Origin: a virus
Lineage: Duplodnaviria; Caudoviricetes
Length of the DNA stretch: 55,448 bases
Virus record (IMG/VR): IMGVR_UViG_3300027747_000926
Coordinates: 1-55,448 of that record
Direction: 5' to 3' (one strand)
Of the stretch, positions 29,290 to 37,517 are shown piece by piece (position 1 is the stretch's first letter; each line of letters opens with the position of its first letter). The translations under genes and the position numbers were made by a program. The notes beneath the pieces are model-generated. The model did no database searches. It was given only the letters and a program-made list of their open reading frames with translations, and had not been told where the DNA came from.

Positions 29290-31419
29290 CTATAGAGCGT
29301 CATACGCCATGAGTTCATCTTGTAATGCCTGTGTATACGGCCCAATTGGTCCGCCATCAGCCATCTTGATTGGTTGCATCGTGTTTGCTGCTTGCCCACC
29401 AGCGGGTTCACCCGAGGGTAATTGGGCTTGTGGTGCTGGAGGTTGCGGCGCTTGTGACATCGCTTGCTGTGGTTGGGCTTGCTGTGATAATTGCTCTACC
29501 ATTTGCTGTGCTAAGGCTTGTGCCTTTGATTGAATTTGCATTTGCTGAAGGCTATCATCCGATGGGACAATTTTTTCAGTATCCATTTGCAGACCCCTGG
29601 CTACCTCACGCAAGATGTATGCGCGCCCCTCTGTTCCAACAATCTGAGAATCAAGAGGATTGGCAGTAGCTATAAGGAATTCATTACGGCGTAACTGGAG
29701 AGCTTCTTTTTGAATTAAGCCGATTGCGCCTTTGGCAACCACTTTGAAATCACCCTTAATGTAAGGGTCATCGTCGTACATCATATTGTGCAGATATAGT
29801 CTCTGTACAATACCAGATACTATTTTATCAATGTTTGCTACTCCTTGCTTGATACCCTTACTGGCATTGTCCATAAGCATAGATAAACCACTTGCAGTGC
29901 GTCCAGCTCCGCTTACAGCACTACTACCGTATACATAATTAGGTATACCAGTAATCTCATCAGCCTGTTTTGCAAACTGTGCATAGACACCCATCAAGAC
30001 ATCGGCATTCATATTGGGCTGGAAGAAGCGAACAGCAGGTTGTCCACCACCAGTACGATCAGTAGTGACTTGCCAAATCTTCCAAGGATAGATCTGAGTT
30101 AAGTCTTCACCATCAGGCAATCGGTCTACTGTGACTTCGACCTGTGGACCTGAAGCAATACCCATGTTGTTAGCTAATGACCGAGCCGCTGCGTTACACA
30201 TTGTTTGTGAATCACGCATAACCTCAGGCAAGGCTACACCCCAAAAACTATGGGGAACTTCTTCCCAGCTACTAATATTATATGGACGAGCGCCCAATGG
30301 ATCAGGGTTAATAATGCAACGGAATAAGACATTGGCTGTCATCCAAGCTGTGACCTCATACTCCTGGTCTTCCTGAATCATTTTGTCTTTCATGCCCCAC
30401 TGCAATAACCACTCACCACGCACAGAACCCCAGAACTCAATAGCTTCAATCAGGTCATTATGCAAAGGCCCACGGAAGGGCTTTCCCTCAAGCACACGGC
30501 GCTCATTGTCACCTTGCTGGAATGATGTATACCCTGTCTTTCCATAGCGTTCTAAGAGCGTTTCAACGGCTTCATCATCGGTGCCTTCAATTCCCTTCAT
30601 AGAAGACAATGCTTCACGGGTGAACTTATGGCGCTGGATTAAGAAGCCATCATTTACATCAACCGAAGAAGGGGCTGGGAAAATATCATAAGGAGATACG
30701 CGCTCTACCTCACGAACAAACTCTGTGACTACAATAGGCTCAAAGTTAGGACCCCATTGCAAAGCTTTGCGACGCTTAACTACTGGACCCTTAATGATTG
30801 CCGTTGGAAATGTAACGAAATCAGTAATGTAATTCTTGAGTTCTTCAGTAAACTTTCCTTGATTAAGTTGGTCTTGAATCTTATCTGCCATACGACGAGC
30901 GGCATCGACTGATTCTTGTTGCAACTTTTTCATGATTGCTTCATGAACTTCTTCCATGCGGGCGCGAAATGCCTCAGGATGGAGCTGTTGTCCCTGGGAG
31001 ATATACTCCATTGCCTCTTGTTTAACTAGGTCAATGATTGCCATCTTCATCTCAGCTGGTAATACTGGGCTACTAGCTGGGTCTAATTCAAAGACACGCT
31101 CTTGTTGACTGAGCATCACGTCTTTAATCCACGCTTCAGCTGCCCTACACTTCACATCAGTCACCATCATGAAGATGTCAGAGCCACCAGTCTTAGTAAT
31201 CTCAGACATTTTATCGGGGTCATATTCCCCACGGCGCTGGCGTTCACACTTTAATAAACGCTCAGTGATCTGATTCTTAGCAGTTCTAGCCTGATCCCAA
31301 CACTTTTTTACATAGGCCGATAGGTTTGTCTCAAGCAATAGGTTCTCTTGACCATTACTATCCTCTTTAACGTCTACTTCTACTGCGGGTTTTTTATACG
31401 TATAACTCATTAAGTCCAT
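29290..31419 (-). CDS. Portal protein
   Basis: 709 aa following TerL; PHSFWGVALPEVMRDSQ, DEITGIP and RTASGLSML podovirus portal patterns. Confidence 0.9.
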   Translation of the reverse strand: MDLMSYTYKKPAVEVDVKEDSNGQENLLLETNLSAYVKKCWDQARTAKNQITERLLKCERQRRGEYDPDKMSEITKTGGSDIFMMVTDVKCRAAEAWIKDVMLSQQERVFELDPASSPVLPAEMKMAIIDLVKQEAMEYISQGQQLHPEAFRARMEEVHEAIMKKLQQESVDAARRMADKIQDQLNQGKFTEELKNYITDFVTFPTAIIKGPVVKRRKALQWGPNFEPIVVTEFVREVERVSPYDIFPAPSSVDVNDGFLIQRHKFTREALSSMKGIEGTDDEAVETLLERYGKTGYTSFQQGDNERRVLEGKPFRGPLHNDLIEAIEFWGSVRGEWLLQWGMKDKMIQEDQEYEVTAWMTANVLFRCIINPDPLGARPYNISSWEEVPHSFWGVALPEVMRDSQTMCNAAARSLANNMGIASGPQVEVTVDRLPDGEDLTQIYPWKIWQVTTDRTGGGQPAVRFFQPNMNADVLMGVYAQFAKQADEITGIPNYVYGSSAVSGAGRTASGLSMLMDNASKGIKQGVANIDKIVSGIVQRLYLHNMMYDDDPYIKGDFKVVAKGAIGLIQKEALQLRRNEFLIATANPLDSQIVGTEGRAYILREVARGLQMDTEKIVPSDDSLQQMQIQSKAQALAQQMVEQLSQQAQPQQAMSQAPQPPAPQAQLPSGEPAGGQAANTMQPIKMADGGPIGPYTQALQDELMAYDAL

Positions 31420-32837
31420 CCATTCGCGGATTTTTTAACCAATTGCCTAGCCCTTGGAGGGGTTAAGCCGCTTCTGACCCGTAAGCATGCGTACTGCAAA
31501 GCATCTTGAATATGTGACGACATGTCTTTAACGGGTCTGTCTTTAAATCTTGCAGCGCCTGCTACTTTTAAACGCTCATATTTATATCTGCCAGAGAAGC
31601 CTTTTCTCAGGTTGGTGCATCGTGGGTTTAATGCAAATGCAGGGTCGCCGTCTGCCAACTTAGTCAGAAAGAAGGCTACCGATTCTCTACGTGGAATAAA
31701 GTCATTGGTTGGCGCTGGTTCTGTGGTGATTCCAGCTTCCAATAATTCTTGAAGACAGGTTCTTTCATCAGTTTGCGCCCTAATGTTTCCAGCTGGGTCG
31801 CCTGCTGAATACCATGTAAATCCACTGTACTTGTTTACTAGATGTGGCTTAACCATCTCATTAGTAAACTGTCTAATACCCATATCTTCAGAAATAATTT
31901 CATCAAGAATGATGATCTTGCCCCTGGCGGTAACCTGAAGGATTACACATGCTGGGGTTAATCCAAAGTCCCAGCCCAATACAATCGGTAGACCACGCTC
32001 TGCTTCCACATTCTTTGGAAGACAGTGAACTTTGTCGTTGTACTCTGGATAAACAGGCTTACCTGTGGAGGTTGACCCGTAATTTCCTAGAAGGAAGACG
32101 TTAATCCAGTCATCCGTCTTGGACGCTAACTGACGTAAGTAGTAATTGTGTCCGTCAGGCAGATTAATAATGTTCTCTGCGTCAGGATTGGGTTTATATT
32201 CCTCGCCTTCGCGATATAAGCCACCCGGCTGGCGGAAAAACAACCAGTCCTCAGGCTTTTCTTCCTCGGCTACCTTGTAATACCAGTGATCATCATCGGG
32301 AGGATTGGTGTCAAGGATGATCCCAGACCAGCTAGGGCCACCTTGCAGCTTGGAAGGGTAGCGACCGACACGCTGAGTAACCATATCGAATATTTCTTTA
32401 GGGATTTCAGATGCTTCATTAATCCATGCTCCAGTAAGTTCCAAAGATCTCAATTTCCCCGTTTCAGTGGGTCGATCGAGCGCCATAAATAACACTTCTA
32501 ATTCCATTCCAGTACCATCGCCAATGTCATTGATCTTCATCGTGGAAGTAATGGGCGTATCCCACTTAATCGGGGCTACGTTAGATGGAAACCAAGTTTC
32601 CCAAGTCTTAATCGTGGTCGATTTCAACTCAGGATAGGTATTACGAATGATCAGCCAGCGGCTTTTACGTATGCCATCGTTAGCTGGTCTTTGTCTTAGC
32701 GCCCTACCAACGATTTCTACACAGCAAGAGGAGGATTTTCCAGAGCCAACAGGCCCCATTAGTCCTCTAACGAAGTTATCAGCGATATGAAACTCTCTTG
32801 CGACTGGTCCAGGTGGTGAGTATTTGACTAATTCCAC
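31410..32837 (-). CDS. terL: Terminase large subunit
   Basis: Walker A GPVGSGKS, Walker B AWINE, nuclease motifs LGWDFG and HIQDALQY. Confidence 0.95.
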   Translation of the reverse strand: MELVKYSPPGPVAREFHIADNFVRGLMGPVGSGKSSSCCVEIVGRALRQRPANDGIRKSRWLIIRNTYPELKSTTIKTWETWFPSNVAPIKWDTPITSTMKINDIGDGTGMELEVLFMALDRPTETGKLRSLELTGAWINEASEIPKEIFDMVTQRVGRYPSKLQGGPSWSGIILDTNPPDDDHWYYKVAEEEKPEDWLFFRQPGGLYREGEEYKPNPDAENIINLPDGHNYYLRQLASKTDDWINVFLLGNYGSTSTGKPVYPEYNDKVHCLPKNVEAERGLPIVLGWDFGLTPACVILQVTARGKIIILDEIISEDMGIRQFTNEMVKPHLVNKYSGFTWYSAGDPAGNIRAQTDERTCLQELLEAGITTEPAPTNDFIPRRESVAFFLTKLADGDPAFALNPRCTNLRKGFSGRYKYERLKVAGAARFKDRPVKDMSSHIQDALQYACLRVRSGLTPPRARQLVKKSANGWT

Positions 32838-32842
32838 GGGAT

Positions 32843-33076
32843 TTACTTCTTACCTAGGTCAAGTTGGAAGGTAATTGGCTGAGAATCTACTTCCATACGT
32901 ACATCGGATAGGTCAGGAAGGATCTTGCGGAGCAAAATTTCAATTGCTCGTACCTGAGTTGGGGTCAAATCTACTGCGCCATTGGCATGTCCAGTCAATC
33001 GGTTGATCAACTGAGCTGCTTGAATCTTTTTACGGGTGTCTTCGTCGTGGCGAATCTTCTTAATTCGTGCGGCCAT
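32843..33076 (-). CDS. terS: Terminase small subunit
   Basis: RKKIQAAQLINRL...TQVRAIEILLRKILPDL; immediately upstream of terL. Confidence 0.75.
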   Translation of the reverse strand: MAARIKKIRHDEDTRKKIQAAQLINRLTGHANGAVDLTPTQVRAIEILLRKILPDLSDVRMEVDSQPITFQLDLGKK

Positions 33077-33326
33077 TGTGTTCCTCTGCTTTATCGAACG
33101 CCTGCAAGATGGCTTTTGCCAATCTCATGCAGTCATCATGGGTTTTGAAATCGTTTAGATTGATTTCGGATTCAAAGTAATGCGGTTCTCCGTGGATATG
33201 GATTGCTCCCGTTAACAGCATGAGCTGAGGTGCGATCTGTTTAGATAAACCTTCTGGGTAAACCACAGAAATTCCACGTAATGATTCAAATTGATTTAAA
33301 AACTTCTCTAGTTCTTTGCCTGTCAT
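33060..33326 (-). CDS. Hypothetical protein
   Basis: 88 aa, overlaps the terS start. Confidence 0.55.
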   Translation of the reverse strand: MTGKELEKFLNQFESLRGISVVYPEGLSKQIAPQLMLLTGAIHIHGEPHYFESEINLNDFKTHDDCMRLAKAILQAFDKAEEHNGRTN

Positions 33327-33339
33327 AGCTTTTCTTAGT

Positions 33340-33414
33340 TGGTTGCGGGGGGTGGGGTCGAACCACCGACATCTGGGTTATGAGTCCAGCGCTCTTCCAC
33401 TGAGCTACCCCGCG
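33340..33414 (-). tRNA. tRNA-Met(CAT) with initiator-like acceptor stem and encoded CCA
   Basis: CGCGGGG TA GCTC AGTGGAA GAGC G CTGGA CTCATAA CCCAG ATGTC GGTGG TTCGACC CCACC CCCCGCA A CCA folds as a 75-nt cloverleaf. Confidence 0.92.
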
Positions 33415-33418
33415 ATTG

Positions 33419-33673
33419 TTAACATTTCCAGCGTTTTAGTGCAGCTGCTTTACGAGTTGGTTTACCGTTCTCATCTTTCATGGGGCCGGGCATGCCACCC
33501 ATCCGAGCGCAGAATGAATCCCGCCTTGGACCACCCTCAGGTTGTGGTGCTTTTAGGTTAGATCCAGTAGCGGCGTTGTATTTCGCTCGACCCTTGGCGG
33601 TAAGCCCAGCACCCTTGGATACGGGAAGCTTCTCGCCACGACCTACAGATAGGTTTACTTTTTTAGTTGCCAT
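33419..33673 (-). CDS. Small basic phage protein (DUF6321-like)
   Basis: GLTAKGRAKYN...RRDSFCARM...AALKRWKC. Confidence 0.7.
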   Translation of the reverse strand: MATKKVNLSVGRGEKLPVSKGAGLTAKGRAKYNAATGSNLKAPQPEGGPRRDSFCARMGGMPGPMKDENGKPTRKAAALKRWKC

Positions 33674-33689
33674 GATCTCTCTTTGTTAT

Positions 33690-34228
33690 CAGCAGATTGG
33701 TTGACAATATGTAGGGTAATCTGCACTTTGGTTGACAGTTTTGTACAGAATGAGAAACAAACTGCACTTTGGTTGACATGGCTTATAAATAAGTCATTAA
33801 GTAGATAATGAGTTATTAATGAATCATTCTTAAGCTGTTAACATACTTTTTTACGATTAACATACAGCGTGTTATAGGAATGTTATGTAGGTTTATCCTT
33901 TTTACATAACCTTACAAAATACCCCGATCGGGAATATTTTTATACATTTGCCTACTTTTTCATCAAAATTGCCCGTTCGGGAAACTTTTTTATTTACTTT
34001 GTTATCGTCGCCAAATTTACTTGGCTAGTGTCAGCTGACCTTTTGCCCAATCGCCCGGCAACTCAATAGTTATATGGCGCAATCATGCAAACATGAGACA
34101 TCGTTGTCCGAAATTTGTATATCTTTTTCAACCTATAAGTAACAAATTTGTTAACAATCTAATACCTATAGGTTGTAAAACTTTACAAAAAAATATTTTC
34201 ACTTTACAAACACACCCCCATAGGGGAA
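33690..34228. repeat. Non-coding array of multiple distinct palindromes and short repeats
   Basis: CTGCACTTTGGTTGACA x2, AATGANTCATT-like x3, CCCGWTCGGGAA x2, ACCTATA x2, ACTTTACAAA x2 and several single palindromes (see findings). Confidence 0.8.
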
Positions 34229-34231
34229 AAA

Positions 34232-34402
34232 TTATTGGTCCAGCGTAGTACTAGCCAATACAACCTGCGGCGAAGTTTGCTCAACGATCTTTAAAGTGAG
34301 CTTACTAGGAGCCGCACCACTCAAAGTTAAGCGTCTCTCTAGCAAAGTAATACGCGCTTCTAATGTAGCGATACGTATCAATAGCGATTCGTTATTAGTC
34401 AT
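34232..34402 (-). CDS. Small coiled-coil protein (56 aa, not in ORF track)
   Basis: MTNNESLLIRIATLEARITLLERRLTLSG... with a heptad pattern; RBS is weak. Confidence 0.5.
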   Translation of the reverse strand: MTNNESLLIRIATLEARITLLERRLTLSGAAPSKLTLKIVEQTSPQVVLASTTLDQ

Positions 34403-34658
34403 ATATGAATGTGATGAGTTAGGTAAAAAAATTAGATTGAAGACCCGTGTGTGTGAAGGTAATACAGTGGAGCCTCAACCCCCCAGTGTTGCACTTCGTG
34501 GTCCCGTGCCACCCCTGTTAACTATCAGGGTTCTAACCACTAAAGACAGTTCAACTGATCGGTAATCCGTAGCTCAACCCTGTATCTATTAGGTCAGAAG
34601 GCTATCTGTGACTAGCTTGTGACTTTCCTTCGATAACTTCTCCCTCAGTTTGGGTATC

Positions 34659-34698
34659 AGCGTGTCCCTCTTTTCTTCCTACGGAAGGGGACAGCGCT
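34659..34698 (+). promoter_or_regulatory. Bulged hairpin element H1 upstream of the first early gene
   Basis: TGTCCC-tctttt-CTTCC-tac-GGAAG-GGGACA. Confidence 0.6.
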
Positions 34699-34759
34699 TA
34701 TGTGGTGTTGATCAACTCTTTCATTTCATTGACTTTTTTCCCACTGACTAGGAGCAAAC

Positions 34760-34900
34760 ATGCCTACTTATCAAGAGTATCTATATCACGCAGCTAAACA
34801 GGGTTTTCAACCTTGGTCTGAACCTACCTTCAATGCATTACTTAAAGCTCGGTTTAACCCGATTACTTCTGAATACATCAGAGGAGGTAAACATGCTTGA
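34760..34900 (+). CDS. Small early protein (46 aa)
   Basis: AGGAG RBS; MPTYQEYLYHAAKQGFQPWSEPTFNALLKARFNP... Confidence 0.65.
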   Translation: MPTYQEYLYHAAKQGFQPWSEPTFNALLKARFNPITSEYIRGGKHA

Positions 34901-34976
34901 GCTTATCTCTCACGTATTCATCGTTGTATCTGCTGTAACTGCTGTTGTTGCTTTGTATCTCTCTAAGGATTTCTAA
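34893..34976 (+). CDS. 27-aa single-TM peptide
   Basis: GGAGG RBS; MLELISHVFIVVSAVTAVVALYLSKDF. Confidence 0.55.
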   Translation: MLELISHVFIVVSAVTAVVALYLSKDF

Positions 34977-34990
34977 GTCCTTTAACCAAC

Positions 34991-35030
34991 GGTTATTTCC
35001 CTCTCTCCTTCTACGAAGGGGGAAACAACC
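34991..35030 (+). promoter_or_regulatory. Bulged hairpin element H2
   Basis: TTTCCC-tctct-CCTTC-tac-GAAGG-GGGAAA, preceded by AACCAACG. Confidence 0.6.
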
Positions 35031-35078
35031 TCTTCTTTCTTTTTTAACTACGTCTTACCTTTTACTAGGAGAATTACT

Positions 35079-35414
35079 ATGTCTACTATCACTGCTAAAC
35101 CTGCTTCACCTGCTCAAATCAAACGTATTGGCTATGCCGTTGAGTATGGTCTCTTGCCTGCCGACTTTGTTGTTCCTGGCGATTCTTACGCTTGCTCAGG
35201 GATTATCGGCAACTTACCCGCTAGTAAGCGTGACAAACAAGCGTTGATTGACGCTGGTGGTTCTGTTAAACCCAAGATGACAGCACGTGAATGTGAACGT
35301 GCCATGTTGGTTATTAAGTCTGTGAATGCTATCGATGCTTCAGGTGTTAAATCTGAGGCTGTGATTGCAGCTATCCAAGAACTTCGTAAAGAGTTCTTCC
35401 GTAAGCAGTCTTAA
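35079..35414 (+). CDS. Early hypothetical protein
   Basis: AGGAG RBS, 111 aa, two PAS-x-x-Q/D modules. Confidence 0.75.
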   Translation: MSTITAKPASPAQIKRIGYAVEYGLLPADFVVPGDSYACSGIIGNLPASKRDKQALIDAGGSVKPKMTARECERAMLVIKSVNAIDASGVKSEAVIAAIQELRKEFFRKQS

Positions 35415-35418
35415 TACA

Positions 35419-35465
35419 TAGGCAGGCATGAGGCTAACTACCTTGTGTCTGCCTAACCTTTTTTT
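35419..35465 (+). terminator. Probable terminator hairpin
   Basis: TAGGCAGGCATGAGG / CCTTGTGTCTGCCTA stem followed by a T run. Confidence 0.6.
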
Positions 35466-35467
35466 AT

Positions 35468-35672
35468 CAGGGTTACTGCGGTATCCGATCGGATGTTCTT
35501 TCCGTGCCTTACGACTGAGATTGCAGTGAACGGTCTGGCGGGTGTAACCAGGCCAGACGGTGAACCAATCTCAGGAAGTAATCCTGTTGTCTAGTTTCCC
35601 CGCGAATGAATAGGTAGCTCCCTAGCTGTAACGACATCCTCACTTGTGAGGTGGAGTGAAAGCGTATGGGGA
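35468..35672 (+). ncRNA. Candidate structured RNA
   Basis: Nested stems CAGGGTTACT/AGTAATCCTG, CTGAGATTG/CAATCTCAG and GTCTGGC/GCCAGAC, plus a second domain. Confidence 0.4.
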
Positions 35673-35724
35673 GCAGCCAGTGAATGAGTGGGTTTATCCA
35701 GCTGTATATCAATCAGGAGGTGTT

Positions 35725-35901
35725 ATGTGTTTCCCTAAAGAGTATTACGCATTACTTAATGATCTCAGAGAGTCAGGTGAGATCAATATGTTTGCTGCTG
35801 GTCCTTACTTGCAGTCTGAGTTTGGATTAGATAAGCAAGAGGCCAAGCGTGTAGTTCTGCATTGGATGTCTACCTATAAACAACATCAGGAGGTTGCATG
35901 A
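35725..35901 (+). CDS. Small protein, DUF5049-like (start reassigned to ATG 35725)
   Basis: AGGAGG RBS; LRESGEINMF motif. Confidence 0.7.
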   Translation: MCFPKEYYALLNDLRESGEINMFAAGPYLQSEFGLDKQEAKRVVLHWMSTYKQHQEVA

Positions 35902-36110
35902 GAACTTATCAATGTTGTCAGGCTAAATTCTATCCTCTGGACTTTTGTAATACATACATCAGGCTAAAGGATTTGAAAGATCTCTTTGACTTCAAACGAG
36001 AGATCAACCCTAAGGGTTATGTCCTTTGGGTTAAGCGTTATCCATACGATCTGTTTAATGTATGTGCTGGCGGAACCTCTGTTCGCTACACGGTGAAGGA
36101 TCAATCATGA
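35898..36110 (+). CDS. Hypothetical protein
   Basis: ATGA overlap and AGGAGG RBS. Confidence 0.6.
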   Translation: MRTYQCCQAKFYPLDFCNTYIRLKDLKDLFDFKREINPKGYVLWVKRYPYDLFNVCAGGTSVRYTVKDQS

Positions 36111-36199
36111 TCAATCAATACTTTAAACAATGCAGTATCTGCGGCAAGCCTGGTGTTAGCCGTTGTCATCAATGTTCTAAATACATAAGGAGTAATTAA
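36107..36199 (+). CDS. 30-aa CxxC..CxxC micro zinc-finger protein (not in ORF track)
   Basis: MINQYFKQCSICGKPGVSRCHQCSKYIRSN, coupled at both ends (ATGA and TAATG). Confidence 0.55.
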   Translation: MINQYFKQCSICGKPGVSRCHQCSKYIRSN

Positions 36200-36441
36200 T
36201 GCATCTTATCGAACATAAAGCAGTAGCCTGTTACCTATCTGACTGGAATCCAAAAGCTAGTTACGACCAGATCATTGATGCTTTGAGATCTAGCCCTCGT
36301 GAACATGGCTGGATTGATGCGCATGACATCAGCGTTTGGTATCCATTTGAGAACGAGTTCTTAGAAAAGGTAGCGGACTACATCGAGCAAGAGTTTTCAT
36401 CTCTTACTGTAATTTTTAACCATTTAAAGGAGCAGTCATGA
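36199..36441 (+). CDS. Hypothetical protein
   Basis: AAGGAG RBS, 80 aa. Confidence 0.65.
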   Translation: MHLIEHKAVACYLSDWNPKASYDQIIDALRSSPREHGWIDAHDISVWYPFENEFLEKVADYIEQEFSSLTVIFNHLKEQS

Positions 36442-36764
36442 ATCTATCTCAATTTACAGGTACTGAACAATGGTATCGCCATCCCTTTAGTAAGGTTACA
36501 TATACCGATGGGGTTAAGTACTTTGCTGATCAAGCGGGCGCCTATTGGTTTCTAGATATTGCTGTTTGCCTGCCAATGGAATTCCCTAACGAAAAGTTCT
36601 ACTCTGTTTGCCTTGATGTATCAGATGGTAAAGCTAAGCTCGTTGTCGATGATGGCAACGATAACGTACTCATGAATAAGGACATTGACTTTACTGACTG
36701 TCCCAATGGCGAGTACCGTTTCTTTCTAACCAATGATGTTTTGATGCTTACTTCGGAGTACTAA
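36438..36764 (+). CDS. DUF6876-like protein
   Basis: LSQFTGTEQWYRH...YTDGVKYFADQAGAYWFLD...IDFTDCP...LMLTSEY. Confidence 0.8.
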   Translation: MNLSQFTGTEQWYRHPFSKVTYTDGVKYFADQAGAYWFLDIAVCLPMEFPNEKFYSVCLDVSDGKAKLVVDDGNDNVLMNKDIDFTDCPNGEYRFFLTNDVLMLTSEY

Positions 36765-36766
36765 TC

Positions 36767-36940
36767 ATGTCTAAATTCAATGAAGACTTACTCGAAGAGT
36801 TGTACGAGCTAAAGACTTACATCCCTGTACCAGCTAGAGCTTTTGCTCTGGCATCAGAGGCTAAAGAAGATGACTACGAATGTATGTCTATCTCAGACGC
36901 CGCTGATTTAATCATTGCACTATCTCAAGTAAAGGAGTAA
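36767..36940 (+). CDS. Small acidic protein (57 aa, not in ORF track)
   Basis: GGAG RBS; MSKFNEDLLEELYELKTYIP... Confidence 0.6.
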   Translation: MSKFNEDLLEELYELKTYIPVPARAFALASEAKEDDYECMSISDAADLIIALSQVKE

Positions 36941-36942
36941 TC

Positions 36943-37176
36943 ATGCAACCCAGTATATTAGATCCCCGCTTTAAATATGTACCCTCAGCTAAGACCAATA
37001 TCGCTAAGACTTTTAAAAGAATCAAGCGCGAACTTGCGTCTAACTATATCAGCAATGTTGATAACGCTTCACAAATACACATATCTTCTGCAATGTTAGG
37101 TGCCGCAGATGAAGATGAACTTGTGGAGTGTCAGCGTTTGCTACGTGACGATATGTTTTTTAACTACCCTTACTAA
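36943..37176 (+). CDS. Hypothetical protein
   Basis: SILDPRFKYVPSAKTNIAKTF; AAGGAG RBS. Confidence 0.65.
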   Translation: MQPSILDPRFKYVPSAKTNIAKTFKRIKRELASNYISNVDNASQIHISSAMLGAADEDELVECQRLLRDDMFFNYPY

Positions 37177-37184
37177 GGACAACC

Positions 37185-37517
37185 ATGAAACCTAAATTTA
37201 TTGCAGATTTAGAAACCCGCATTAATGAATCCATGAATAGCATTCGTGCTATCAAAGGAGAAAAGTTTGCGGCTGCTACCCACTGCTTATTTCGTGGAAC
37301 CCACGCCACATCCAACCTGAATCTCCTGCTAAGCCATTCTGACATTGATGCATCTATCCGTGCCAAGATGACTGACCAGTTGACCAGCTGCATGTCTACT
37401 CATATGAATCTGATCGTTAACCTTGGCGAGTTAAATGATGACGATGTTCTTGAGATGATGAACTGGGTTGATGTCCTACATAAACATGTTCATACCGCAA
37501 TGGAGGAGGCATTATGA
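37185..37517 (+). CDS. Hypothetical protein
   Basis: 110 aa helical, AAGGA RBS. Confidence 0.65.
   Translation: MKPKFIADLETRINESMNSIRAIKGEKFAAATHCLFRGTHATSNLNLLLSHSDIDASIRAKMTDQLTSCMSTHMNLIVNLGELNDDDVLEMMNWVDVLHKHVHTAMEEAL

Noticed and set aside
33316-33704. Plus-strand ORFs 33316-33561 and 33480-33704
   Set aside because: They are antisense to the tRNA and to the 84-aa gene.
33690-33780. 17-bp direct repeats as a mini CRISPR array
   Set aside because: There are only two full copies, they are too short, the spacing is irregular, and there are no cas genes. The Cas4-like gene is a recombination exonuclease in the erf operon.
34515-34521. CTGTTAA as a second att crossover core
   Set aside because: A 7-mer is expected several times by chance (it also occurs at 33835), and its orientation is inconsistent with the nearby arm pair.
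35590-35675. Hammerhead or twister ribozyme
   Set aside because: The CUGANGA core is absent and twister pseudoknot pairings could not be assigned.
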